Shown: positions 37,701-46,544 of the stretch, piece after piece
How the letters are laid out: each line of letters starts with the position of its first letter
How positions within the stretch are numbered: the stretch's first letter is position 1
Origin: a virus
Taxonomy: Duplodnaviria > Caudoviricetes
IMG/VR virus record: IMGVR_UViG_3300015171_000005
Span: 1-59,504 of that record
Reading direction: 5' to 3' (one strand)
DNA length: 59,504 bases
Notes under the pieces: model-generated
What the model was told of the DNA's origin: nothing
What the model saw: only the letters and a program-made list of their open reading frames with translations
The model's database searches: none
Made by a program: the position numbers and the translations under genes

Positions 37701-38279
37701 CTTTCCAGCATGCGCGATCCGCTCACCAAGAAGGCAGGGCGCGATGAGCATCTGATGAAGGAACTCGACGAGTACAGCAAAGAAGAATTGACGGCTCTGC
37801 ACAAAGACGCCATCGACGCGCGCGATGAATTCGCCCAGCGCGGCGCGGATGTGCTGGCCAAGGGTAAAGAACGCTTGGCCGAGCGTCTTGAACGCGAGCT
37901 TGATTCTCGCAAGGTGGACGACAATCGGGATGGGCGCGAAGCAGATTCTACGTTGCGTGACAACGTGCATGAAGCGGCCCTTGTTCATGGCAAGGACGGC
38001 AAGCTCCAACAAAAAGTCGGGCTCGACGACAACCCGCTGAATGCGCGCAAGGGCGATCCGTTGAAGGCCGAGCGCATCGGCTTGGAGAAGAGCGTCGAAG
38101 GCAAGCCGCTGAAAGACATCATGGTCAACATGAAGCTGGCTGACGAGCACGGCACCGTGCTCGATTGGAAAGGCGACGCCAAGGAGCATCCGGGGCGCAT
38201 GAGCGCCGAAGACGCGTTGACCGACATCCACCAGCGCAAGAAAACACTCGATCTCCTGATGGCATGCCTGAAGGGATGA
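34764..38279 (+). CDS. large internal virion/ejection protein
   Basis: 1171 aa; Gly/Ala-rich hydrophobic N-half, charged C-half; ATGA coupling. Confidence 0.75.
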   Translation: MSTFLDSALARAREIEGSAAPEGGAAPPDDGAFSQGLRSGWTGLKGEGHAFLGGLTEPFAPDYARDQYAQSKALQEQAATEAPKVNSFDQVTDLRSGFDYGLGKLGQMIPGALPAVGAMIATRGRSPILASTAATIPSEMGGAIQAQQNDPIAAAKPVSERLSSALGTGTAASLVENAVPGYMAGKLMNKGVAAGARQGLAPIIGRNIAEGSAGQAVAATGAEAIRQGGESDLNPDRDTSGDAARLKEAAIGGAVIGAPFGALGAAGEALHRPPRESAPSAPIDAAKNLVASAKDKITGLFTKESSTDDAIARRVEADLPIDPLPPGADPNAHVEKSDAKAVEWATAKAKSWIESDYFPQAMKERAAELLPKIHEFAARQEIAAMDLSDKAVKQGSAFYQHMAEKSGTLKAAGDKISEGTAALLGTVKEAVASFDTQSVIQKATQTRDAALSLLKSKSLPPETKANLQAAADNVQDRSKQLYVAAVAQYEKAMASAKDGTAQEAIKKKLAEIDKWANNGAPPDKLQGILDVASMMLFSKDYAGPRKIISDELTQAIKSTRPELVKNADALRDVSEGIRLYMDEARKGAAPEKSSTTRAYIRSLLGDQAVPFLDNLHTKLYGDTDHKDFYKSLASLDTRETNHKSMADVVRENKLPTSDADVNATVPLLRRYTRGDHVKDMSPEKTQVREKAFRSEIEKHFGKNTDKVLKAFQKEHEASGESPTESRATPRADSGDDRDHESSKNAARGGIAEHTLEATDLSQERPRYYAGKGGAFVLSHEAHVREYGHENSQAAGLLEHATKQNEDRSVSFVKAADFMKERREAIQHEIDNEHSPKKIEALKEKLAQYSDEELHAATNGKPEDYGVVAAGGQKIEGRITHDEARAMLLDTKRFPKSESRISTDKHNVTLDAVRITQETKKKLPYIDGEGDDRRTARAFMEGLASVMKHYGAGLEKPLPDDLVILRRAGGGVMTFGEAKKLSSMRDPLTKKAGRDEHLMKELDEYSKEELTALHKDAIDARDEFAQRGADVLAKGKERLAERLERELDSRKVDDNRDGREADSTLRDNVHEAALVHGKDGKLQQKVGLDDNPLNARKGDPLKAERIGLEKSVEGKPLKDIMVNMKLADEHGTVLDWKGDAKEHPGRMSAEDALTDIHQRKKTLDLLMACLKG

Positions 38280-38280
38280 C

Positions 38281-38658
38281 ATGAAGACACTCAGTCTCGA
38301 AGAGATCAACAAGCTGGGCATGCGGATAAGGAAGCCCGATGGCTCGCCCGCCGTCGAGCGTACGCGCGAGCCCGAGCCCGACAAGAGCGAAGAACTCCTG
38401 ACCATGCTCTTGGAAGCGATTCGCGCCATGCGCGAGACCAAGACCAACGTCGTGGTGGAAGCCAATCCGCAACTCGAACTCCTGTCGTCGAGCATCCTGA
38501 AAGTCCTGAAACAAAATACCGAACTCATGCAAGTCGTGCGTGACGCGATGAAGAAGGAAGAACTCGAAGTGCCTGAATCCCCTCCTTGTGAATGGAGCTT
38601 CGAAGTGATATACGACAAGGGCAAAATCACTCACATCAAAGCCAAGGAAATCAAATGA
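38281..38658 (+). CDS. hypothetical protein
   Basis: Abuts the upstream stop; phage-like codon usage. Confidence 0.75.
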   Translation: MKTLSLEEINKLGMRIRKPDGSPAVERTREPEPDKSEELLTMLLEAIRAMRETKTNVVVEANPQLELLSSSILKVLKQNTELMQVVRDAMKKEELEVPESPPCEWSFEVIYDKGKITHIKAKEIK

Positions 38659-38663
38659 GTGTG

Positions 38664-39275
38664 CTACCGCTCTTTCGACTTCTTCTTGAGTTCGCGTATA
38701 CGACGTTCTGCCAACTGCCATTCATGGTAGTAGGTGCCGTATCCGGGGCAGCTTCCGGGCTGCTGCTTTCCACGCAGGTAAATACGCAGATTCTTTATTT
38801 CGTTGTTGGTCTTATTGCCATCGCGATGATCAACACATTCATACGATTCAAGCGCGCGTCCCAAATGCATCGCCATGATGAAGCGATGAGCCATAACAGG
38901 CTGGCCGCATCTCTGCATCTTGCGGTAGATGGGCAAAAATTTCATCGGCACATCGCGCGGCAGGAATTTCGTATACCCCATATTCGTGGTTCGGCCCGGA
39001 GTAAGGCGCAAGCCGATGCGCCATTTATGGGTGCCGTCTTTGACTTTCTTGATTGCGCACGGGCGGCACAAACCGAGAAAGTTAGGCCGCTTCATTTCTT
39101 TTCGTATTTCCGTAGCCGGTCTAATGCGTTTTCCTTTACATTCAGGGCAGCGCACTGTAACAAGAACTCTGGAATATCCTTTGTATTTGGCTAGAACAGG
39201 AGCCGAAATTACAGAAGGATGCTTGATAGCGGTGAAGATAGGGGCGCGAGGCACACATAGTTCCGTAGAGTTCAA
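38664..39275 (-). CDS. HNH homing endonuclease, antisense to the late operon
   Basis: AHR.IMA.HLGR.L...E.VDHRDGNK.NN.I.NL plus CPEC/CRPC Zn motifs; AT-richer; real start may be GTG 39254. Confidence 0.88.
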   Translation of the reverse strand: MNSTELCVPRAPIFTAIKHPSVISAPVLAKYKGYSRVLVTVRCPECKGKRIRPATEIRKEMKRPNFLGLCRPCAIKKVKDGTHKWRIGLRLTPGRTTNMGYTKFLPRDVPMKFLPIYRKMQRCGQPVMAHRFIMAMHLGRALESYECVDHRDGNKTNNEIKNLRIYLRGKQQPGSCPGYGTYYHEWQLAERRIRELKKKSKER

Positions 39276-39302
39276 ACGTATATCTTATCAATAGAGGTAA
39301 AA

Positions 39303-39743
39303 ATGTCAAAATCTGACGCGTTCGAGGCCGATTTTCTGAAGCTGATCTTCAACGCCACGCCGATCGCCAACATCGGGGATAACGCGGCGGCTTCGCCGCT
39401 CACGCAGTTGTTCGTCGCTCTACACACGGCTGACCCCGGCGAAACGGGCACGCAAGCCACCAGCGAAACGGCGTACACCGGCTATGCGCGCCAGCAGGTT
39501 GCGCGCACCACGGGCGGATGGACGGTGAGCGGCACGGCACCGACGCAGGTTGCGCCGGTTGCCAACATCGACTTTCCAATCTGCACCGCGTCACCGGGTG
39601 CCGCCATCACGCACTGGTCAGTCGGTGTGGCGGTCTCGGGCGCGACCAAGCTCCTGTACAGCGGGACGGTCTCACCCAACATTACAATGGCAATAAATGT
39701 CATTCCCCGGCTCACTACAGCTTCAACAATTACGGAGGATTGA
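39303..39743 (+). CDS. small tail-associated structural protein
   Basis: GAGG RBS; LFVALHTADPGE.G.Q..SE..Y.GYARQ.V.R...GW motif. Confidence 0.8.
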   Translation: MSKSDAFEADFLKLIFNATPIANIGDNAAASPLTQLFVALHTADPGETGTQATSETAYTGYARQQVARTTGGWTVSGTAPTQVAPVANIDFPICTASPGAAITHWSVGVAVSGATKLLYSGTVSPNITMAINVIPRLTTASTITED

Positions 39744-40185
39744 AATGACTCCTGAAGAGCGCAAAAAATTGCGCAACGCCGCAGTGCGTCGATACGAAAA
39801 GCGCAACCCGGATAAAAAGAAAGCATGGGCGCGTAAGACGTATTTGAATCGATCAGCAGAAGAAAGGCAGAAGCAGGCTGATCAGAACTTGAACGCCGCG
39901 CGGGCAATGCGCCAAATGCTTTTGAAAGCCATGGGCGGCAAGTGTGTGCGCTGTGGTTTCGATGATTGGCGCGCCCTTCAGGCTGACCACATACATGGCG
40001 GTGGCGGTAAAGAACGCGCAGTAGTCACGAACCGGAACGCGTACTACAAAACCATTCTGGCGAACCCGGATAAATATCAGTTGCTCTGCGCAAATTGCAA
40101 TTGGATCAAGCGGTATGAAAAAGAAGAATACCGCTGGAACGTGATCCCGCGCCTGACCACCGCCAGCACGATCACGGAGGATTAA
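39696..40185 (+). repeat. protein-level direct repeat NVIPRLTTASTITED* at 39696-39743 and 40138-40185
   Basis: Identical 15-aa peptide; the first 12 codons are all synonymously different, the last 3 identical. Confidence 0.95.
39745..40185 (+). CDS. HNH endonuclease fused to the duplicated C-terminal peptide
   Basis: GGAGG RBS; GGKCVRCG....ALQ.DHI.GGG...YQLLCANCN.IK. Confidence 0.88.
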   Translation: MTPEERKKLRNAAVRRYEKRNPDKKKAWARKTYLNRSAEERQKQADQNLNAARAMRQMLLKAMGGKCVRCGFDDWRALQADHIHGGGGKERAVVTNRNAYYKTILANPDKYQLLCANCNWIKRYEKEEYRWNVIPRLTTASTITED

Positions 40186-40189
40186 GCGA

Positions 40190-40462
40190 ATGCCGAATCC
40201 CAACGAACAGGCAGTAGGGCTAGCAGCCGGGTTAACGGGCCTGAAGGCCCGGATGCTCGAAGTCACGCAGCAAGTGGCTGGCCAAGCGGTCACGTCAGAA
40301 ATGCAAGTGGTGTGTATTTCTGACGCAGCAGGCAACATCGTTGGTGTTTTTCCAGACCCTGCGGTACAGCAGGGCATGCTTCAGGAATTACGTGCGATAC
40401 GCGGTCTTCTTGCTCGCAGGAACGGCGAACTCGATCTCAGTGGCGATATCATTCAACCTTAA
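40190..40462 (+). CDS. hypothetical protein
   Basis: GGAGG RBS. Confidence 0.7.
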   Translation: MPNPNEQAVGLAAGLTGLKARMLEVTQQVAGQAVTSEMQVVCISDAAGNIVGVFPDPAVQQGMLQELRAIRGLLARRNGELDLSGDIIQP

Positions 40463-40474
40463 AGGAGAAATAAA

Positions 40475-41227
40475 ATGCCGTCCCCCGCAGCACTCATTCG
40501 TGGTCTCGTATCCCGCGTCCTGCCCCAACTTTCGCCTGACGGTACCGACAGTGAAAAAGCATTTCGCTTGGGTCGTGATGGCTCCGTCTTCACTACCTTC
40601 GCACACAGCACCAAGCACCCGCAAGCGCATGAAGGGGCGTACTTTGCAATAGGCAACCCCACCGAAGGTACGGGTGTCGCAGGGGGTATCACGTCGGCCT
40701 TCACCAACACCGTCGCTGCGTTCGCCATCTTCAACAACAACGATGCGAACAACCCGGTGTCGCGTTCCATCGACATCGATTTCTTGAAGCTGCTGTATAC
40801 GGTGGCTCCAGCGACGGCGTCGGCCATGCGCTACGCGATTGCAATCGATGACATCGCACGCACGCCTTCGGCTGGTTTCGCCAAGCTGACGGGATCAGCG
40901 GGGGTGAGTGCAGCAAACCCGGTGGGCCAAGTCATCAACCTCTCCGGTGCCATCGCTTATGCCTTCACGGGCGGTGTGCTCATGACGGTTCCGGCCCCCG
41001 GCCCCGCTGTGCGTTACGTGGCGCGTGGTGGTATCGCTGGTCTTCCGGTCGTGGGTACTGAACATCTGATCCGCTTCGGCGCAGACGGTGCCAACTCCGC
41101 ACAGGGAACCATCGATGCTCCGGTATCGATCGCGCCCGGTAAATGGTGCGTCGTGCATATCTGGTGGCCGGGCAACGCCACCACGGGACCGAGCGCCGAA
41201 TACTCGCTGGGCCTGATCGAGAAGTAA
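40475..41227 (+). CDS. putative virion protein
   Basis: AAGGAGA RBS; beta/Gly-rich composition. Confidence 0.75.
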   Translation: MPSPAALIRGLVSRVLPQLSPDGTDSEKAFRLGRDGSVFTTFAHSTKHPQAHEGAYFAIGNPTEGTGVAGGITSAFTNTVAAFAIFNNNDANNPVSRSIDIDFLKLLYTVAPATASAMRYAIAIDDIARTPSAGFAKLTGSAGVSAANPVGQVINLSGAIAYAFTGGVLMTVPAPGPAVRYVARGGIAGLPVVGTEHLIRFGADGANSAQGTIDAPVSIAPGKWCVVHIWWPGNATTGPSAEYSLGLIEK

Positions 41228-41228
41228 C

Positions 41229-42299
41229 ATGCTGATCGTTCTACAGCAGCCTTACCCCCTCTCGGGGGTAGGGTCGTCTGATGGCGTGGCGACGGTCCCC
41301 GGCGTCGGCGCTGCGCTCTGGGCGATCACCGCCATATCAACAGGTGTCGGCGCTGCCAGTGGCACGGGCAACGCGGTGTGGGCCGTTGCAGGAAGCTCTA
41401 CGGGGCTGGCGACGGTCCCCGGCGTCGGCGCTGCGCTCTGGGCGATCACGGGTAGTTCCGCTGGTGTTGCTACAGCCCCAGCAGCGGGGGCTGCGCTCTG
41501 GGCCGTCGCAGGAAGCGCCGCTGGGGTGGGAGCGGCTCCTGCGATGGGGAACGCGCTCTGGGCCGTCGCAGGAAGCTCGGCGGGCGTGGCATCGGCCAGC
41601 AGCGTGGGCGACGCGCTCTGGGCCGTCTCGGGAGCGGCTGCGGGCGTGGGTGCCGCCAGCGGTACCGGCGTGGCCCTCACCTTGGCCGCAGGCACCAGCA
41701 CCGGGGTGGCAACGGCCCCAAGCGTCGGAGATGCGATCTGGGCGGTCGTAGGTAGCTCGGCAGGCGCATCCACCGCTCCGGGCGTCGGGGCCGACGCTGC
41801 CGCGCCCAGCGCCGCCGTAGGTACGTCGGCAGGTGTAGCGGCGGCTCCTGCGGTCGGAGCGGCCCTCTGGGCGATCACAGGAGCGTCGGCTGGTCTCGGG
41901 GTAGCCACGGCCACCGGCAACGCGCTGTGGGCTGCTACAGGGCAATCCGCAGGGGTGGCTGGCGGGCAGGCGGTGGGGGCTGCGATCCTCCCGAGCGTTG
42001 GATCAGCCAGTGGAACAGGAGTGGCGGCAGCGGTCGGGATGGACGGCAACGTGGCTACGGTCGTCGCGGCTGCGGGGACGGCAGCGGGCACCAGTGATGC
42101 GCCCGGCGTAGGTTTCGCCGTCACCAAGACCACAGGTGGCACCGCGTACCAGCGAGCGGTCCAGAAGGCGCTCGACGAATACCCGCTGCCGGTGGCGGCT
42201 GACAGAAATGACAACCAGAACGATGTCGTACTCGCGTGCGTGCACGCATTCTTGAAGATCAAAGGAAAACGCCATGAGCATCGGAGATTGTCTCGCTAA
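41229..42299 (+). CDS. Gly/Ala-rich repeat protein (20-aa period), fibre-like
   Basis: G.S.G.A....VG.ALWA(V/I) repeats; 43-bp exact repeat at 41287-41329 and 41407-41449. Confidence 0.8.
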   Translation: MLIVLQQPYPLSGVGSSDGVATVPGVGAALWAITAISTGVGAASGTGNAVWAVAGSSTGLATVPGVGAALWAITGSSAGVATAPAAGAALWAVAGSAAGVGAAPAMGNALWAVAGSSAGVASASSVGDALWAVSGAAAGVGAASGTGVALTLAAGTSTGVATAPSVGDAIWAVVGSSAGASTAPGVGADAAAPSAAVGTSAGVAAAPAVGAALWAITGASAGLGVATATGNALWAATGQSAGVAGGQAVGAAILPSVGSASGTGVAAAVGMDGNVATVVAAAGTAAGTSDAPGVGFAVTKTTGGTAYQRAVQKALDEYPLPVAADRNDNQNDVVLACVHAFLKIKGKRHEHRRLSR

Positions 42300-45200
42300 A
42301 GTCGGTGTGGACCCCAAGCACGAGGAAGCGATCCTTCGTGGGGTAGACGATCTCGTCACCAAGAAGCGCATGAGCGAAGCGGGCGCCGCCGAGCGCGTGC
42401 TGAAGCGCGAGATCGCCGCCGTGGAAGCCGAGCACGCGGACATCGTGAAGCAGATCGAAGCTCAGATACCCAAGAACAAAGCCAATCCCGAAGACCGGGG
42501 TGCTGCCGACCACGTGGCGCTTGCCAACCACATCGTCGAGCACGGGCCGATCGATACCGCGCCGAAGCGCGAAGTCACTCCACCCAAGCAGGAAGCGCCG
42601 ATCCAAGCCAAGGAGCCCACCGAGCACGTGGCCGCGCGCGAAGCCACGGTGCAGGACGCTGCCAAGGACATCATCATCAATAGCCCTGCTTCCGGCCAGC
42701 ACATCGACAAAGCCATCAAAGCGGGCCCGAAGGACGCACGCACGCTGGTGGACGCCATCAACGCGGCGATGAAGAAGAACAAGGACCGCGTGCAGACCAT
42801 GACGGCCAACGCCGCCATCGACCGGTTGAACAAGGGCATCGGAGAGAAGCTCCGCGACAACCCCGACATGCAGTACAGCATGATGCGCGAGCACACCAAG
42901 GATGAACGTCGTGCTGGCCCCGAACACATGGTGAGCGAAGCCGACATCAAGCATGTCGAGAAGTACATCAATGACGCCTTCGGCGGGAAGATCAAGGTGG
43001 CATGGTCCGACACCATGCACGCGGGCGACTTCACGCACACGCCGGGCGACAAGAAGAACGGCATCGATCCGATCTATGCGCTGCGCGTTTCCGTGCACGC
43101 GCTCGACCCGCAGGGAACCGCGTATCACGAGAGCCTGCATGCGCTCTTTGCCCACCTTCGTGAACAAGGCAACAAGGACGTAATCAAGGTGCTGGCGCGT
43201 GCGGCTGAGACCGCCCCGGTGCTGAACCAGTTGAAGAAGCTCCTGAAAGACGAGCCCGAAGCTCTCAAGCAACTGGACAACCGCGAAGAGCGGATCGCTT
43301 ACATGTACCAGTTCTACGCGCAGGAGAAGCTGACACTCGGCACCGACACCCGCAACGTATTCGGGAAGATCAAGGACTTCCTCTACAAAGTGATGGGCAT
43401 GTGGACCAATGACGAGCGCGCGATGCACATCATGGATTACTTCGGCCAAGGAGAATTCGCCAAGAACATCGGCGACCGGGAAGCCACTACCAAGGCGTTG
43501 ATCGAAACACATACCAACAAGACGATCGAATACGCCAAGAACGCACTGCAACCGTTCGTGCATCTTGAGCGCGCGGTGCTCTCCACCGGGGCCGCGCGGC
43601 TGCGCAATTCGGGCCTGCCGTCGTTGATGGAACTCGCGGATCACATCCAGCCCGCGCTCGCGGGCGACGCCACCAACCCCGGCTTCATCCAGAGTGTCAA
43701 CAATGAGCGCATGCAGCGCATGAATACGTGGGTGCAGAAGCTGAAGGGTATTTCCGCCGACGAAATCCACGCGGCGGGCGAAGCGATGCGCCGGGGCGAG
43801 AAGGGAGCCAATGCCCGCGAGCAACAAGTCATCGACGCCACGCAGAAGCACTTGCGTGAGATGCTCGGCTACATGAAAACCGCAGGGGTCGATGTCGGCG
43901 ATCGCGGCCCGGACTATTTCCCGCGTGTGTGGAACCCGGAGTTCATCTCGAAGAATCAGGACGCCTTCAAGGCGATGATGGCGAAGTACGAGACCAGCGG
44001 CAAGTTCAAGGGCAACGTACAGGATGTCATGAACAAGCTCATGGCCCGCGACGGCATGGAGCAGGGTGTGGTCGTGGACATGCCCGGCATGCAGCACGTA
44101 AAAAGCCGCGTGCTGGACTTCATCACCGCCGAAGATGCCGCGCCGTTTCTGGAAAAGAACCTCTTCCAGACCGTCAAGAGCTACACCGATCAAGCCGCGC
44201 GGCGCGCGGAATGGGCCAAGCGCTTCGGCGACGATGGCAAGGGCATGCGGAAGCTCATCGATCGCGCCAAGGCAGATGGAGCCGCGCCGGAAGAACTCGA
44301 CATGGCGCAGGACTTCATTCGCGGCATCGACGGGACTCTCGGCGACAACGTGAATCCGATCGCCCGCAGGCTCATGGGCAACATGATCGTCTACCAGAAC
44401 GTGCGCCTATTGCCGCTCATGATCTTCTCTTCCCTTATCGATCCGGGCGGGATCATGGTGCGCGGTGGCACGATGGGCGACGCCTTCAAGGCGTTCAAGC
44501 GCGGCGTCATGGAGATTCCGCGCGGCTTCAAGAAGAACGCCGAGAGGGACGAGTGGTACCAGTTGGCGCAGGACATGGGCACCATCGACGACACGACGCT
44601 GGTGCATGCGCTGGGTAGCGCCTACACGCAGGGCATGGTCTCGGAGACCGCTCGCAAGGTGAACGATACGTTCTTCAAATACAACTTGGGCGAGCAGTTC
44701 AATACATCGATGCGCGTGTCTGCCACGGAAGCCGCCAGCAGGTTCTTGGCGCGTCATGCCGATGGCAAGAATAGCGAGCACTCGGAGCGTTGGCTGGCCG
44801 AGCTTGGGCTGAAGCCCAACGAAGTGATTGTGAAAGACGGTCATCCGTTGGTGCGCCAAGCCGAATTCATGGCGCATGGCATGGGTGAAGAAGAAGCCGC
44901 TAGCGCGTCGAACAAGATGCGCGGAGCGCTGAACCGCTGGGTGGATGGAGCCATTCTTCGGCCCAACGCCGCCGACAAGCCGATCTGGATGAACGACGCG
45001 CGCTTCGTCCTCTTTGCGCATCTCAAACAGTTCACTTACGCTTTCCAGAACACGATCTTGAAGCGCGTCTGGAACGAAGCCGAGTACGGCAACTACGCCC
45101 CGGCTGCGGCGCTGGCGAGCTACGTGCCGGTGATGATGGCTGCGGACTTCATGAAGGGCTTCATCCAAGGCGGTGGCCAGCAACCTACGTGGAAAGAAAA

Positions 45201-45474
45201 CTGGGGTGCCAGCGACTATGTCGGTAGCGGCATCCAGCGCGCGGGGCTTCTTGGCGTGGGCCAGTACGGGTCGGACATCATCAAGGACATCCGGCAGGGT
45301 GGGGCTGGCATCAACGCGGTGCTGGGGCCCACGTTCGAGCAGGGGCTCGAAGGGTTGAAGACCTTGGCCGGGCATGAGATGTTCAAAACGTTTGCCATGC
45401 ACTCGTTGCCTGCGAACGCGCTATACTCCCACGCGTTTCATGAGGCATCGACCGATCCGAACTTTTCCGAATAG
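42274..45474 (+). CDS. large internal virion protein
   Basis: 1066 aa; AAGGA RBS; YHESLH (HExxH) and DYFPRVWN motifs. Confidence 0.8.
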   Translation: MSIGDCLAKVGVDPKHEEAILRGVDDLVTKKRMSEAGAAERVLKREIAAVEAEHADIVKQIEAQIPKNKANPEDRGAADHVALANHIVEHGPIDTAPKREVTPPKQEAPIQAKEPTEHVAAREATVQDAAKDIIINSPASGQHIDKAIKAGPKDARTLVDAINAAMKKNKDRVQTMTANAAIDRLNKGIGEKLRDNPDMQYSMMREHTKDERRAGPEHMVSEADIKHVEKYINDAFGGKIKVAWSDTMHAGDFTHTPGDKKNGIDPIYALRVSVHALDPQGTAYHESLHALFAHLREQGNKDVIKVLARAAETAPVLNQLKKLLKDEPEALKQLDNREERIAYMYQFYAQEKLTLGTDTRNVFGKIKDFLYKVMGMWTNDERAMHIMDYFGQGEFAKNIGDREATTKALIETHTNKTIEYAKNALQPFVHLERAVLSTGAARLRNSGLPSLMELADHIQPALAGDATNPGFIQSVNNERMQRMNTWVQKLKGISADEIHAAGEAMRRGEKGANAREQQVIDATQKHLREMLGYMKTAGVDVGDRGPDYFPRVWNPEFISKNQDAFKAMMAKYETSGKFKGNVQDVMNKLMARDGMEQGVVVDMPGMQHVKSRVLDFITAEDAAPFLEKNLFQTVKSYTDQAARRAEWAKRFGDDGKGMRKLIDRAKADGAAPEELDMAQDFIRGIDGTLGDNVNPIARRLMGNMIVYQNVRLLPLMIFSSLIDPGGIMVRGGTMGDAFKAFKRGVMEIPRGFKKNAERDEWYQLAQDMGTIDDTTLVHALGSAYTQGMVSETARKVNDTFFKYNLGEQFNTSMRVSATEAASRFLARHADGKNSEHSERWLAELGLKPNEVIVKDGHPLVRQAEFMAHGMGEEEAASASNKMRGALNRWVDGAILRPNAADKPIWMNDARFVLFAHLKQFTYAFQNTILKRVWNEAEYGNYAPAAALASYVPVMMAADFMKGFIQGGGQQPTWKENWGASDYVGSGIQRAGLLGVGQYGSDIIKDIRQGGAGINAVLGPTFEQGLEGLKTLAGHEMFKTFAMHSLPANALYSHAFHEASTDPNFSE

Positions 45475-45483
45475 GAGACAACA

Positions 45484-45720
45484 ATGCACTACAAGAACGG
45501 GCGTGAAGCAAAGAACGGCGACAAAGTGATGGTGATCCCCGGCTACGGCGCGCCGTATGTCGGTATCCTGCACAACGCCGTCGCGGGCAACGACTACTGC
45601 AACGGCATGGTCGCGCCGATTCTTCCGCAGGGCGTCGTGAACCTGAAGGAAGTCCTGCACTTGGACGATGTTCTCAAAGCGCTGCCCGCCGACGTACCCG
45701 ACAGTTCGCAGGTAGGCTAA
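45484..45720 (+). CDS. hypothetical protein
   Basis: TAGGAGA RBS; last + strand gene. Confidence 0.8.
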   Translation: MHYKNGREAKNGDKVMVIPGYGAPYVGILHNAVAGNDYCNGMVAPILPQGVVNLKEVLHLDDVLKALPADVPDSSQVG

Positions 45721-45763
45721 CGCATGTGACAGAGTTCGGCGCACTCTGTTAAAGGGAGAAAAG

Positions 45764-45789
45764 AAAAACGGGGCCTAGGCCCCGTTTTT
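45764..45789. terminator. bidirectional Rho-independent terminator
   Basis: AAAAACGGGGCC-TA-GGCCCCGTTTTT where the two gene arms converge. Confidence 0.9.
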
Positions 45790-46224
45790 ATTGTGGTGGT
45801 CCCTCATGCATGACTTTGTTCTGTCTTCAGAATGTGCTCCACCGCTGACTTTTTGCAGCACGAGAATCTTGGCGATCGCACCAATCAAGTCAGTGCCTTC
45901 AGGCACGAGGTAGTAGCTTTCTCCTTGATGCGTCCCTTCAATGCGATTAAAGGACAACACTGACGGCTTGCGATACTTGATGATCTTGCCGTTTTCGGCG
46001 TCGATGATCGTGAACTGTTGGCCACCTTCGAGCGTGTCGCGCTTGATGGCGTTCTCGGCTGCATCTGCGCCGAAAAAAGGCTCGTCCGCTTTTGGTTTCT
46101 TGGAGAACAGGATGTCCCAGAAGCTACGTCGAGCTAACGCTCGATGCGCACTATCCCGATAGTTGGGACCAGCTTCCACGGCAGCGCCGTAGAAGCGCGC
46201 GTCTTTGCCTTCGCTCTGGCTCAT
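45775..46224 (-). CDS. hypothetical protein
   Basis: ATGA coupling (MSQSEGK...). Confidence 0.65.
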   Translation of the reverse strand: MSQSEGKDARFYGAAVEAGPNYRDSAHRALARRSFWDILFSKKPKADEPFFGADAAENAIKRDTLEGGQQFTIIDAENGKIIKYRKPSVLSFNRIEGTHQGESYYLVPEGTDLIGAIAKILVLQKVSGGAHSEDRTKSCMRDHHNKNGA

Positions 46225-46544
46225 TGCGCTTCGACCGGATCGTGCCCAACGATCTCGATGGCGTGCGGCGCGTAAGTGACTTCGACGGTCTTGTACTTCT
46301 TGCCGAAGGTGTTGAAGATATGCCTGCCTTCGATATGGATCGCGGGCTGCTTGCCGATCTTGCGCACCTTGCCGTTCTCTGGCACGACGCGCGTGTCGTT
46401 CATGAGCGTGAGGCGCTCTTCGTTCCAGAGTTGCAGGTACTGATTGCCCGCTTGGAATCCGGCTTGGGTAAGGCGCGGGCCTTCGAGCCACAGGTGATGG
46501 CGCTCGGCACCTTTAGACGCGAACAGCTTGACGATCTGCTTCAT
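46221..46544 (-). CDS. hypothetical protein
   Basis: GGAGG RBS. Confidence 0.75.
   Translation of the reverse strand: MKQIVKLFASKGAERHHLWLEGPRLTQAGFQAGNQYLQLWNEERLTLMNDTRVVPENGKVRKIGKQPAIHIEGRHIFNTFGKKYKTVEVTYAPHAIEIVGHDPVEAQ

Noticed and set aside
39696-40185. Group I intron interpretation of the HNH insertion
   Set aside because: The upstream gene is already complete without splicing, and the insert is almost all ORF with no room for a ribozyme core.
41287-41960. 60-nt periodic repeats as a CRISPR array or DGR template/variable repeat
   Set aside because: They are in-frame coding repeats without unique spacers; no cas or reverse transcriptase gene; differences are not adenine-specific.
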